Of a stretch of 64,000 bases of DNA, positions 50,982 to 63,575 are shown piece after piece (position 1 is the first letter of the stretch; the number at the start of each line of letters is the position of its first letter). Where the stretch lies: positions 18,089-82,088 of the forward strand of contig CAWDPJ010000017.1 in the NCBI GenBank assembly GCA_963804205.1, read 5' to 3'. This DNA comes from an uncultured beta proteobacterium. GTDB lineage: Bacteria; Pseudomonadota; Gammaproteobacteria; Burkholderiales; Casimicrobiaceae. A model generated the notes under the pieces. It was not told the DNA's origin. It saw nothing but the letters and a program-made list of their open reading frames with translations, and made no database searches. The position numbers were made by a program, and so were the translations under genes.

Positions 50982-52460
50982 TCAGCACGGCTGAGTCCGC
51001 CTGAACATCTGCTGATCATTGTCAAGGGGGGACGACCGCTGCATTTCGGTCGGTATCGAAAAGACGGTCACCGGTTCGGCGAGGCCGCGCACGTCGATCC
51101 CCCACAGTGACCAGCTCGGCATCCGGTAGCGCCTTTGCCGTGGCGCGGAAAGCAGCAGCGATGTGCCGTGTTCCTTGCAAAGCGCCTCGAGCCGCGCAGC
51201 GAGATTCACCGTGTCCCCATAGACCGTGTAGCTCTGACGCCCGCCGCCGCCGACATTGCCGGCAACCACGGACCCGTATTGATGCCGATGCGAACCCGAA
51301 CGCGCTCGCCGGCGAACTCGCGTCCTTCGACGCACGCCAGAATCGCACAGGAGGCCGCGAAGGCATTCGAGCGCTGGGCCGGGTCTTCGACAGGCACGTT
51401 GAACGTCGCGAGCACGCCGTCCCCTTGGTAGTGGGTGACGATGCCATTGTGCGCGCCGATGATCCGCGTTACTTCGTCGAAATAGGCGTTCACGATCTCG
51501 ACCGTGCGCGCGGCGCCAAGGCGCTCGGTCATCGCGGTGAAGCCCGCGATGTCTGCGAAGAGCACGCTTGCTTCGCGCTCGATCGGCGCGAGTGTCCCGC
51601 CGCCGGCGATCATGGCGTTCACGATCGATTGTGGGACGAAGCGCCCGAAGATGCCGTAGAGGGTGGCGTGGTCCCGTTCCGTCTCCAGTTGCCGCTTCAG
51701 CGTGTCGCGCGCTCGCCACATCACCGCTGCGATCAGGAACGCGACCACCACGAGCGCGACCGCTTCCTGAATGCGGCCGCCGAGCCCGCCGAAGTTGGGA
51801 TCGAGCAAGACCGCCATGACCTGCTCAGCCGTGGGGTTCGCCGGGATATCGTTCCAGTCGAGCACCCCCTCGATGACGCTCGCCGAACGCAGGAACGCGG
51901 CGATCCAGCCCAGCGCACCGGCGATCCCCGTCCAAAGAACCAGGCCCGGTGAGAAGCTGAACGCGGCGACGCCAAGAATGACGAAGTAGAAGGGGAACAG
52001 CGGCGCGCGGAACATCATGACTGAGGGCAGATCGGCAGCCGTATCGTAAAGCGGCTGGGTGGCGATGAGCGCGGACACGATGGCGATGTCCAGCGTGATG
52101 AAGACGTATTTGACCCATGGCCTGTCGAGACGTGTTCCAATCAGCGAAGTAGTGAGCCAAGCCGAGAGCGGCGAAGACCGACAGTAGGATCAGGTACTCG
52201 AGCGCGCGTCCCGGGTGCTCCGCGCGTGATCCCACGAGCCAGACGCCCATCAGCACCAGCGCGACGGTGCGGCCGATGATGGCGAGCTTGAGCCCGCTCT
52301 GCTCCGCGCGCTGGAACAGTCCCCCGGGTCGGAGGACGCACCCGCGGCCTCGGTGGCGGCAAGCGAGCTTCGCGGAAGTTACCGGCAGTGCTATGGTGCG
52401 TCCCGCCGCTAGCGTTGGTGGGTGGCAACTCGGCAGGAAGTCTGCCGTCTGCTTGTTCAC
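50982..52460 (-). CDS. Membrane-bound class III nucleotidyl cyclase (several frameshifts)
   Basis: TM region; VLFADIAGFT, QGDGVLATFNVP, RIGINTG, YTVYGDTVNLAARLE. Confidence 0.85.
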
Positions 52461-52466
52461 TCCGGT

Positions 52467-53130
52467 TCACTTCATCGCAGCTGCGCCTGGGTCCAGCGCC
52501 GCGCGCGCACGCTCGCGCTGCTCGGCATCCACGCGGTCGGCCAGCACCTGCGTCAGCTGGCGCAGCTTGGCGCGGTCAGGCCCACGTTCATGCTGAGCGC
52601 ATGTGCGACTGCAGTTGCGACTCGGCCCCCGGCAGCGCGGCCAGCACGCCCACGGTGGCGAGCTCGCGGCTTTGCCAGTCGAGGTTGTCGCGCGCGAAGA
52701 TGTCGCCGAACAAGTGCGACTTCAGGTACTCGTCGATGGCGGGCGCGAAGTCGAACAGCGGCCCCTTGACCGGCGCGCCCGACAGCCTGGTCTGGTTGGC
52801 CGTGCCCAGCGCGAGCAGTGCCTCGCCCTTCGGTATGCGCGGCCGGGCTCGCGGCCCGGCGCATCCTGGATGCCGCGCTGTTTGCGCGCGTCCAGCACCT
52901 TCATCAGTTCGCCGAGCGCATTGAGGCTGCGCGGAAAGCCGGCGTACGCGTAGAGCTGCACGAGGATTTCCTTGGCCTCGCTGACGGTAGCCCGGCGTCC
53001 AGTCCCTGGTTCAAGGCTGCGTTGAGCTTGGCATGTCGCCTGCGGCCGTCGAAGGCCGCGATCGGCACGATGGCCTGCTGCTTGCGCCGAGAGTGCCTGT
53101 TCGCGAAGTGGTGTTGTGCACGGTTCATGC
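52467..53130 (-). CDS. Carboxymuconolactone decarboxylase-family protein (multiple frameshifts)
   Basis: EILVQLYAYAGFPRSLNAL; HLFGDIFARDNLDWQSRELATV; LSMNVGLT. Confidence 0.8.
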
Positions 53131-53223
53131 CGCTGCGGTTCCTGTGCGTTCGCGGCAGGCGTACGCATGCAGCCGCCATGCTCAGGCCCAGCCATGATGC
53201 GCAGGCGCTGCAGCTTGGAGCGC

Positions 53224-53728
53224 TCAGCGTGCGTTGTATTGTTCATCGCTGACTTTCTCCATCCAGGTGACGTTCTTGCCATCCGACCGTGCCGGTGACG
53301 GCCAGGTGGGTCATCGCGGTCGTCGGCCCTGCGCCGTGCCAGTGCTTGACGCCCGGCGGGCACCAGACCACGTCGCCCGGGCGAATTACCTGCACGGGCT
53401 TGCCCCATTCCTGCGTCAGCCCCACGCCCGAAATCACCACCAGGCGCTGTCCTGCGGGGTGGGTGTGCCAGGCCGAACGCGCGCCCGGCTCGAAGGTCAC
53501 CAGGCCGCCCGAGGCATTGATGTTCTTGTCGGCCGGCCAGACCGGGTCGATCCGCGCCCGGCCGGTGAAGAACTCGGCAGGTCCGGCCACCGACGCCTGG
53601 GTGCCGGCGCGTGTGACATGCTGCGCGGCTGCCGTTGCCGTCGCGTTCCCCTTTAGCTCGGCAGCTCCGACGGTAGCCGCTTGCAACGCCGCGACGCACA
53701 GAGCGATTCTTGAAAGTGACGTGCTCAT
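53224..53728 (-). CDS. Cupin-domain protein (frameshift near 53285)
   Basis: [45 protein letters not shown]. Confidence 0.88.
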
Positions 53729-53826
53729 GAATACGGGCTTTCTGAGTTGGTAATCTGCTGCTCGGCCGATTCAGTCGCCTGCACGGACGGCGCGCAGGTT
53801 GGCGCGAACCACGAACTCCCCGGCTT

Positions 53827-55964
53827 TCACAGCAGCTTGTCCGGTGTGACCGGCAATGTCCGAATCCGTTTCCCCGTAGCATGAAAGATGGCGTTCGTAA
53901 TGGCCGGCGCGACACCGACCATCGCGATTTCGCCGACGCCCTTCACGCCAAGCGGATTGACGTGCGGATCGTGCTCGTCCACGAAGATCACCTCCATGGC
54001 CGGCGGAGCGTCTGCGTGGACCGGCACCGCGTATTCGGCGAAGTTGGCGTTCGTCACGCGCCCGTTGCGCGCGTCCACCACGGAATGCTCCATCAGAGCC
54101 ATGCCGATGCCGCCGATCATTCCGCCAATGGACTGGCTACGCGCCATCTTCGGGTTCACGACCCGCCCAGCGCCGTAGGCGCCGACGATGCGCCGCACGC
54201 GCGTCTCGCCGAGATCCGGATCGACGGCGACTTCCACGAATACCGCGCCGAATGCATGCATCGAGAAGCGCTGTCCCGCATCGCCCGGCTTCACGTCCGC
54301 GGTCGCCTCGACCGGCTGTGCGATGCGTCGCATCGCATCGTCCAGATGCCACCGCCGCCACGGGCAAGCGCCTGTTCGCGCGCGCTTCGGCAAGCGGCCT
54401 GCACCGCGCTACCCACGCTGGCCATGGTCATCGACCCTCCGTGCACCGGCGCACGCGGCAGCACTGTGTCCCCCAGCGCGAACTTGACCCGCTCGATGGG
54501 CAGTCCCGAAGCGTTCCGCGGCGACCTGGGTCATCGATGTCCAGGTACCTGGACCCATGTCGCTCGCCGCGCTGGTGACTTCAGCCGTTCCGTCGGGGAG
54601 AAGACGCGCCATGGCCGACGCGGGCGCATAGTTCATCGGGTAGGTCGCCGTGGCCATGCCCCAGCCGATCAGCCATCGCCCATCGCGCATCGATCGCGGC
54701 TTCGAAATGCGCCTGCTCCAGCCAAAGCGCTCGGCGGCGACCCGATAGCACTCCCGCGTCGAGCGGCTCGAGAACGGCAGCTTCTTGAACTCGTCCTGCT
54801 GCGGCTCGTTGCGCAGCCGCAATTCCACCGGATCGATGTTCAGCGCGACCGCGAGCTCGTCCATCGCGGATTCGAGTGCGAAGATCCCGCTCGCCTCGCC
54901 CGGCGCGCGCATATAGGTAGGTGTGTGCACGTTCATCGGCGCGATGCGATGGCGGGTGTAGACGTTCGGGCAGGAATGCAGGAACCGGCTGCGTTGACCA
55001 GCGCCTCGGAGATATTCTTCGTAAGTCGAGGTCTCCTGATATCCGTCGTGCATAATGGCCGAAAGGCGGCCATCGCGCGCTGCGCCGAGTGCCACGCGCT
55101 GGACCGTGTGCGGCCGATAGCCGACGCCGTAGTACATGTCACGCCGAGACAGCATCAGCTTGACAGGGCGCTTGGCTACTCTCGCGCCGAGCGCGGCTAG
55201 CGTCACGTGCGGCCATGTGCGAAGTCCCGACCCGAAAGCGCCGCCGACGAACGGCGAAACGACGCGAACGTTCTCCGCTGGAATGCCGAACACCGCCGCG
55301 ATCTCGTCGGCCGTGTTGTTCACCCACTGCGTCTTGTCCCACAGCGTCAGTCGATCGCCTTCCCATGCGGCGATCGTGGCGTGCATCTCGATCGGATTGT
55401 GGTTCTCGCGCGGGATCACATAGCTCTGATCGACCTTGACCTCCGCGGCCGCGAGCGTCCGCTCGGGATCGCCGCGGCGCGTTTCCGGCGGTGGGCCCTC
55501 GCCCTGGTCGGTCTTCTGTCGCGTCGGCAGAACCGGTGCGACGCGCGCAACATCGGTGATTGCGTTTTCGGCTCGCGTAGCGTGACGCGCACCAGCGTCG
55601 CCGCGTGGTTCGCCTGCTCGAGCGTCTCTGCGATCACCAGCGCGATCGGCTGGCCTTGATGGCTCACTCGATCGTCCTGGAGCACGTGCAGACGCTCACC
55701 GATGTCGGGATCGACGGCGCCCTTGTGCGGGCGATACGCAGCCTCGGCGCGTTCCGATGCGTGAGCACCGCGATAACCCCGGGTGCGCGTTCCGCGATCG
55801 CGGTGTCGATGGAAGCAATGCTGCCTCTCGCGACCGTGCTTCGCACGATAGCGCCGTGCGCCACGTCCTGGTGCTTCGAACTCGGCGGCATACGTTGCGC
55901 CGCCCGTGACCTTCTGTCGGCCGTCGACGCGGCTGACGGGTTGTCCAATGAAAGCGGTCGTCAT
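53827..55964 (-). CDS. Xanthine dehydrogenase-family molybdopterin subunit (PaoC/YagR-like), multiple frameshifts
   Basis: RVDGRQKVTG, HNPIEMH, VGGAFG, MRAPGE, DMGPGT, GVKGVGEI. Confidence 0.9.
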
Positions 55965-56960
55965 GCGCGAGCTCCCGCGGTTTCGACGGCGCGCACGATG
56001 GCGCGCTGCATGAGTTCGATCTTGAAATCGTTGTGGCCATGCCCCTTTGCGCCTTGCGCGGCGAGCGCCGCCGCACGCCGGAGTGCAGCCGGTTCGAGTG
56101 TCGCTCCCGCCAGCGCCGCCTCGACGCGGGGCACACGCCAGGGCTTCGTGCCCACGCCGCCCAGCGCGACACGGGCCTGCCGGACTCGCTCGCCGTCCAT
56201 TTCGAGCGCCACTGCCGCGGATACGACCGCGAACTCGAACGAAGCACGATCTCGCACTTTGAGATAATGCGAACGCCGCGCCATCGGACTCGCCGGTACG
56301 GTGATGGCGGCAATCACCTCTCCCGGGTCGAGCACCGTCTCGATGTGCGGAGTGGTGCCGGGCAGGCGGTGAAGTCGACGAGGCGTACCGTACGTTGCCG
56401 GCGCGGCACCGCGAACCTCGATCGGGCATCGAGCGCAACGAGTGCGACCGCGAGGTCCGACGCATGCGCAGCGATGCAGCTGTTCGCTCGTGCCGAGCAC
56501 CGCATGCCAGCGGTTCTCGCCGCCGATCGCGGCGCAGCCGGAGCCCGGCGCGCGCTTGTTGCACGCGGCGTAGCCGACATCGCGAAAGTAGGGACAACGC
56601 GTGCGCTGCAGAAGGTTGCCGCCGATCGTCGCCTGGTTACGCACTTGGGGACTTGCCGAGTTCAGCAGCGCCTCGGAGATCACCGGAAACTGCTCGACGA
56701 CAGCCGGATGCGCCGCGACGTCGGCCATCGTGCTGCGGCGCCAAGCCGCAGACCCTGCGGCGCCAACTTCGATGCGGTTGTCGAGCAGGCCCGCGAGGCT
56801 GACCAGTCGGTCGGGCCGCCGCACGTCTTCCTGCAGAAGCTGCACCATGTCGGTTCCGCCGGCGATGTATTCGGCGGGCGCATCGTTGCGGCCGGCCTGG
56901 GCGCGCAGCGCAAGGGCCGCGCGACAGATCGCGCGGACGTTCAAGGGTGAAGGGATGCAT
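55961..56960 (-). CDS. FAD-binding subunit (PaoB/YagS-like), frameshifted
   Basis: YIAGGTD, ASPQVRNQATIGGNLLQRTRCPYF, CNKR..GSGC, YLKVRDRASFEFA. Confidence 0.9.
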
Positions 56961-56962
56961 GC

Positions 56963-57563
56963 TCAGGCTTTCTGCGCGCCGCGTCCTGCAATCGCTGCGA
57001 CGATGTGGTCGTACGCTCCGCAGCGGCAGAGGTTGCCGCTCATCCAATCGCGGATTTCCTGCGCGGAGCCAGCGTGGCCCTCGGCGATGCAGGCGACACC
57101 GGCCATGATCTGTCCGGACGTGCAATAGCCGCACTGGAAAGCATCGCGCTCGATGAACGCGGCTTGCAACGGATGGAGCTGCTCGCCTCGCGCGAGGCCC
57201 TCGATGGTCGTGATCTCGCGGCCGTCGACAAGCGCCGCGAGCGAAAGGCACGACTTCACGCGCTTGCCGTCCATCAGGACCGTGCAGGCGCCGCATTGGC
57301 CGAGGCCGCAACCTTTTTTCGATGCCCGTAAGGTGCAGGTGCTCGCGCAGTGCATCGAGCAACGTCGTGCGCGCATCGAGCGTCAGCCGGTGCTCGTTTC
57401 CGTTCACGCGAAGTACGACGTCAACCGGAGCGGGCGACGCCTTGCTCCCTTGAGCGACCGCCGGAGGTGCAGCTTCTGGCAAGAGGGGTCCCGCGGCCAG
57501 CGCGCCACCGGTGGCCGCGGTGACTTTCAGCAGCTCTCGTCGTGTCGGATCGAAATCGACCAT
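56963..57563 (-). CDS. 2Fe-2S subunit with Tat signal (PaoA/YagT-like), frameshift near 57325
   Basis: TRRELLK Tat motif; KKGCGLGQCGACT; FQCGYCT; NLCRCG. Confidence 0.92.
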
Positions 57564-57654
57564 CGTCAGCACTCCTTTAGAGACCTTCACTTGTCGCAGC
57601 GCGTGTACCGCGATCCCCTGCAACTCGTCTTACACCCATTTCGCGGCAGCCTCC

Positions 57655-58098
57655 TCACTTGCCCGTTGCCTCGATCGTCACCTTCAGCGAGCCACGCACG
57701 CCAAGCGCATCGACGCCAGAGTCGAGGCGGCCGAGCTTCACGAGGCCCTTTGCATGGCCCGCGTCCTTGTAGAAGATCGCCAGGTTTCCCCACGGGGCGT
57801 AGTACGCGATGTCGCCGACGGCAGGGTCGACTCCCGCGGGCGCGCCGGCCGTCGATAACTTCCGGGGCAGATAGCTGATTTTCTCGGTCGACGCGTAGTC
57901 CTCGAGCGTCAGCGTCATCGGCAGCAGAGAAATGAAGTCCTGCGCTGTCGCGTTGCCAAGCATCGTTGCTTCAATGGTCTTACCATCGATCGTCAAGCGT
58001 ATCTTCACCGCGGTTCCCTCCTGACCGAGTGCTGGCCTGGCGAGCACCAGCGACAGCGCGGCCAAGATCCAAAAACGTCGGATGTGCGCGATGGCCAT
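57655..58098 (-). CDS. Exported cyclophilin-like fold protein
   Basis: NATAQDFISLLP, TEK, GDIAYYAPWGNLAIFY. Confidence 0.88.
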   Translation of the reverse strand: MAIAHIRRFWILAALSLVLARPALGQEGTAVKIRLTIDGKTIEATMLGNATAQDFISLLPMTLTLEDYASTEKISYLPRKLSTAGAPAGVDPAVGDIAYYAPWGNLAIFYKDAGHAKGLVKLGRLDSGVDALGVRGSLKVTIEATGK

Positions 58099-58161
58099 CT
58101 TCGTTGCCCGCCTATCGTTTCCTGTACTCCTCGGCGATCATGTGCAGCCGATGGTCCTTCG

Positions 58162-58937
58162 CTATACGGTCTGGCCGCCGTCGATCACCATGGCGTGGCC
58201 GACCATGAAGGCGGCGGCGTCCGAGCACAGCCAGACGACGGCCGCGGCGATCTCCTCGGGCTTGCCCATCCGCCCGACCGGCTCCTCCGCGATCACCTTC
58301 GCGCGCCCTTCGGGCGTGCCGCCGGTGAAGCGGTCCATCATCGGCGTCTCGATGTAGCCGGGGCAGACGGCGTTGATGCGGATGTTCTGCGCGGCGTAAT
58401 CGAGGGCCGCCGCCTTGGTGAGGCCGATCACGCCGTGCTTCGCGGCGGTGTACGCGGGGCTGCCCTTGATGCCGATGATTCCTGCGCCCGAGGACGTGTT
58501 GACGATCGCGCCGCCGCCCCGTGCTTGAGGATCAGCGGGATCTCGTGCTTCATGCACAGGAAGACGCCGCGGAGGTTGATGTCGATGATCCGGTTCCACT
58601 CCTCCTCCTCGTACTCCGCGGTCGGGGCCGGCTTCCTCGGCTCGATGCCCGCGTTGTTGAAGGCGAAGTCCAGCCGCCCGAAAGCCTCAACGGTCTTGGC
58701 CAGGGCCGCCTTCACGTCCTCGGCCCGCGTCACGTCGCACCGGACGGCGAGCGCCCGCCCGCCTTGCTCCTCGATCAGGCGGGCCGTCTCCTGGTTGCCC
58801 TGCTCGGACACGTCGGCGGCCACCACGCTGGCCCCCTCGCGGGCGAACGCCAGCGCCGCCGCGCGGCCGATGCCGCTCGCGGCCCCGGTCACGAACGCGA
58901 CCTTCCCCGCGAAGGCGTTCCGTTCTTCGTCACACAT
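58162..58937 (-). CDS. Short-chain dehydrogenase/reductase (frameshift near 58520)
   Basis: TGAASGIG, NNAG, YTAAKHG, NAVCPG. Confidence 0.93.
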
Positions 58938-59217
58938 GGCCTATTCCTTTTTCGCTGCCTATTTCGCGTTCATCTGTCAATGGATTCCGTGCTTGCTCGC
59001 AACGATCGCGTGTCGAGCGCAGGCAGTAACGCCCGAGGCGTCGGGCATCCGCGGATGATGGGGAACGCGATGAAGGACGATCAGCACGGATCGAAAGCGA
59101 CGCCTCCACCGAGCCTTGTGCAGTTCGTTAGCGCTCCATACGCAAGACAAGATACTCGGTTGGCGAGCCGCTGATAAGATGGCACAATTAGCATGAAGTG
59201 GTGAGCACAGCTCAACA

Positions 59218-60104
59218 ATGGCAAACCTCGACGACCTCCTTGCCTTCGTCGCGGTAGCGCGAGAACGTAGCTTTACGAAGGCGGCCGCAAAGCTGGGCGT
59301 GTCCAGGTCAGCATTGAGTCACACGCTGCGCGGACTCGAAGCAAGGCTCGGCATTCGCCTACTGACGCGCACCACACGCAGCGTGTCGCCGACCGAGGCA
59401 GGTGAGCGTGTACTGCGCACGGTCGGTCAGCGCATTGACGAGATCGAAGGCGAGCTCGAAGCTTTGAGCGAGTTTCGCGACAAGCCCTCCGGCACCATTC
59501 GTATAACGGCAACCGAGTATTCGACCACGTCGATCCTGTTGCAGAAACTCGGGACGCTCCTGCCGCACTTTCCCGACATCAGGATCGAGATCACCGTCGA
59601 CTACGGCCTGACCGACATCGTCGCCCATCGTTATGACGCGGGCGTGCGATGGGGTGAGCAAGTGTCCAAGGACATGGTCGCCGTGCGTATCGGGCCGGAC
59701 CTGCGGATGGCGGTCGTCGGTGCGCCGTCCTATTTCGCTACCCGATCCCCACCGAAGACGCCGCAGGGACTCACCGGCCACAATTGCATCAACCTGCGCC
59801 TGCCAAGCCACGGCGGGACGTACGCATGGGAGTTCGAAAAAGGCAAGCGCAAGCTCAATGTGCGCGTCGATGGCCAGCTCGTTTTCAACAGCTCCACGCT
59901 GATGGTCAACGCTTCACTGGCGGGATTGGGCTTGGCCTGTGTGCCAAGGGCGCGATCGAGCATTACGTGGCCACCGGGCGTCTCACGCGCGTACTCGAGG
60001 ACTGGTGCCCTCGGTCAGCGGGCTACCACCTTTATTACCCAAGCCGCCGCCAGCTATCACCGGCGTTTGCGCTCGTGATAGAGGCGCTACGTTACCGTAA
60101 GTGA
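59218..60104 (+). CDS. LysR-family regulator (CrgA/PtrR-like), frameshift near 59945
   Basis: FTKAAAKLGVSRSALS, LLTRTTRSV, YDAGVR; C-terminus YHLYYPSRRQ in the second frame. Confidence 0.92.
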
Positions 60105-60139
60105 CTGTTGCTGCGCACTGAGCGCACGCGAAGGGGGTG

Positions 60140-60757
60140 AACCTGATGTTCGGCAACCGCGAGCGATCGTCAACGCCATAATCGCCGGGCGCGGAGCGCT
60201 TGCGCCTGTCGAACGCGAGGCACCTGTCCTCTTCGCGGACATCGTTGGCTTTACTGAAATGACCGAACGCGCAGGCGCGACGCGCAGGTCGCGATCTTGA
60301 ACGCCTACTTTGACGAGGTCACGCGGATCATCGGCGCGCACAACGGCATCGTAACGACGTTCCACGGCGACGCCGTGCTCGCGACGTTCAACGTGCCAGT
60401 CGAGGACCCGCGACACGCGCGGAACGCTTTCGAGGCGGCCTGCGCGATCCTTGGGTGCGTCGCGGAACGCGAGTTTGTCGGCGGGCGCATCGAGGTGACG
60501 CGGCATCAGTACGGGCTCGCTGGTGGTGGCAACGTCGGCGGCGGGGGGCGCCACAGCTATACGGTCTATGGGAACACAGTGAACGTCAATGCCCGGCTCG
60601 AAGCGCTCTGCAAGGAACACGGCACCTCACTGCTCATTTCCGCCAGCACAGCGAAGGCGCCGCCCGATGCAAACTCCTCGCCGTCAACGATATCGCCGTC
60701 CGCGGTCTCGCCGAACCGGTGACTGTTTTCTCCATTCCGGCCGAGACAACCGCGTAG
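60140..60757 (+). pseudogene. Class III cyclase catalytic-domain fragment, inverted paralog of 50982..51650
   Basis: NAYFDEVTRIIGAHNGIV...GDAVLATFNVPVEDP...YTVYGNTVN..ARLEALCKEHGT; lacks the TM region. Confidence 0.85.
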
Positions 60758-60926
60758 GCCAAGCACTCACCACCAGTTGCAGTCGCCGGGCTAGTCGTTG
60801 CAAGTCAAAGGTCGGCTATTTGACCGCCATCGCGATGGATGAAGCCAAAAAGCCGTTGCAACCCATCATCCGCGAGAATTCGCCTGCGATCGCGTGTGCC
60901 GGACTCCTCAATTGAGTAATCGCAGC

Positions 60927-61875
60927 TCAGCGCGCCGCAGTGGTTGCAGATGCTTCTGCGTCCACACGCGAGTGCTCGCGAGAGAGATCGGTTCCTATGG
61001 CTTCGATGTGCGTGATCAACTCCCGGCTCACGGGGTCGAGGGGCGAACCCTCGCGGAATATCACCGCTATATCGCGCTTCAGAGCCGGTACCGTAATCGG
61101 CAGGGCCCTAATCGTGCCTTCGCTTACGTCCGCCGTGACGGAATGTGCGGGCAACATCGCCAAGTGGTCACTTGCGGCTACGAGCGATTTGGTAAAGTCG
61201 ATAGAGCCGCTTTCGATCAGTTGCTGGGGAACAGCGAGCCCTTCTGATGCGAGGACCTTTTCGAGAAGGTGCTCTGTCCCACCAACCATGGGGACACCCA
61301 AGGGAACTGGGCGAGATCGGCCCATGACAGGTCCGTCAACGGAAAAGAGGATGCGTCGCGCGTCCAAAAACGCACAGGCGGTCTCGAAAGAGAACGCGTT
61401 GCTTCAGCCCCTCCACAAAATCGTAAAACTCGGTTTGCCCGACGATGAAATCGAACTCACCCCGGAGAAGCCCCAGCAGGAGCTCGATCTGAACTTTTTC
61501 GACCACTCGCAGCAGAAGGCGGGGATGTCGTTCCCTCCATCGACCGACCGCAAGCGGCACAACGCTGCTCGCGAGACTCGGCAGCGTGCCAAACGTTACG
61601 ACACGAGCATGACCTTTCCCGACTGTCTGGATCCGTGTTTCAGCGAGATCCATTTCGTCCCTGATCAATCTGGCGTGCGAGTACAGAAGCTCTCCAAAAC
61701 TGGTCGGAGTGATGCCCGTCGGCCCCCGCTCAAGCAACTTGATCCCCAGCTCCCTTTCCAGCCGATCCATCGACTTCGAAAGAGCTGGCTGTGAGACAGC
61801 CAAATGCTTCGCCGCTTTGGCCAAGCTGCCCTGCTCGACGACTGTAGCGAGATACAAGAGCTTCCGAGGGTCCAT
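60927..61875 (-). CDS. LysR-family regulator (frameshift near 61340)
   Basis: MDPRKLLYL...SLAKAAKHLAVSQPALSKSM; C-terminus in ORF 60927..61367. Confidence 0.9.
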
Positions 61876-62106
61876 GACACATTCGCGATGGAGGGCGATC
61901 CTTCGAGCGGGGCTTTGCCTTCGTAGGGGCGTTTGTAAGCCGTTCGCTGCCAATCTTATGCCGAAGTCAGCAGTCGTTCCCAAGCTTGATGTTGCTGCCC
62001 TTTATGGAGCTCACCCAGCGAGCTGTCTCATCATTGATGATCGCGCAGAACTCTCCCGCGTCCGTCGCATGCGAATACGCACCCCGTAACCTTAAGCGGG
62101 CGTGAA

Positions 62107-63548
62107 TCAAAGGAAAATCTGAAGCGACTTCTCCTCGGTGTACGAGTAGAGCTCCTCGAGGCCACGTTCGCGCCCGATGCCGCTGTTCTTGTAACCGCCG
62201 AACGGTACGGCGCGCCCGTGGGCGTCACGCCGTTGATCCAGATGTAGCCGGATTGAATGCGTTTCGCGGTACGCAGCGCGTTCGTGATGTCTCGGGTCCA
62301 GATCGCAGCCGTCAGGCCGAACTCGACCGAGTTGGCCATCGTCGATCACATCGTCGACGTCGGACCAGCGCAAGATCGAGAGTACGGGGCCGAAGATCTC
62401 CTCGCGGGCGATGCGCATATCGCTGCCGCACATCCGCGAACACGGTAGGCTGGAACCAGAAGCCCTTGTCGAAGCCGGCGCCAGCCGGCCGCTTCCCGCC
62501 GGTGACCAGCCGCGCGCCCTCGGCGTTTGCCGATCTCGACGTAGCTCTCGATCTTCGACAGATGCGCCTGCGAGTTGATCGCGCCCATCTGGGTCGTCCA
62601 TTCGAACGGATCGCCGACGCGGATCGCCTCGGCCTTGGCGACCACGCGCTGCACGACCTCGTCGTAGATCGAGTCGTGGACGAAGAGGCGGCTGGTCGAA
62701 CTGCACGATTGTCCCTGCCAGATGAAGTTCATCCCCGCCACGGCCGCTTCGGCGACCTTCTCGACGGGCGCGTCGGGAAAGACGATGAACGGGTTCTTGC
62801 CGCCGAGCTCGAGCGAAATGGACTTCACCGCCACCTCGGCCGCTGAGCGCTGGATCGCCATGCCCGTGCGGACCGACCCGACGAAGGAAAGGCGCTTGAC
62901 GCGCGGATGCCGCACGATCGCGCTGCCCACTTCGCATCGCCGGTGACGACGTTGAGCACTCCGGGAGGCAGCACCTCGCTGGCGATCTCGCCCAGCAGCG
63001 TCGCCGACAGCGGGCATTGCTCGGAAGGCTTCAGGACCACCGTATTGCCCGCCATCAGCGGGGAGGCCACGCCATTGACCGCCATCGCCATCGGGTGGTT
63101 GAAGGCCACGATCCGGCCGACCACGCCATAGGGTTCGCGGAACGTGATGTTGAGCTTGTCCGAGCTGCCGGGAATGGTGCGGCCCTGCAGCTCGTAGCCC
63201 AGGCCCGCGAAATAGCGCAGCCGTCGATGCAGGCCGAGACGTCGCCCTTCATGCCGGTGATCGAGTTGCCCGTGTCGGCCACTTCCAGCATCAGCAGGTC
63301 GTCCGCGCGCGCCGCGATCGCGTCGGCAAGCTTGAACAGGTATTCGGAGCGCTTCGCCACCGACAGCTCCGCCCAACGACCTGAGCCGTCTCCGCTGCGC
63401 GGACCGCCTGATCGACGTCTGCTGCGGTCCCGCGCGGAACCTTGCCGATGTAGTCCTCGTTGGCGGGATTGATGGATTCGATCCAGTCTCCGCCGGAACT
63501 CTCAACCAGCTCGCCGCCAATCAGCATCCGACGCGTCGCCGGCATCAT
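62107..63548 (-). CDS. Aldehyde dehydrogenase (multiple frameshifts)
   Basis: FNHP, LKPSEQ, FVGS, LELGGKNP, GQSCSS, EEIFGPV, PFGGYKNSGIGRE. Confidence 0.92.
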
Positions 63549-63575
63549 ATTCTCGGATTGCTCATCAAGTTGTCC

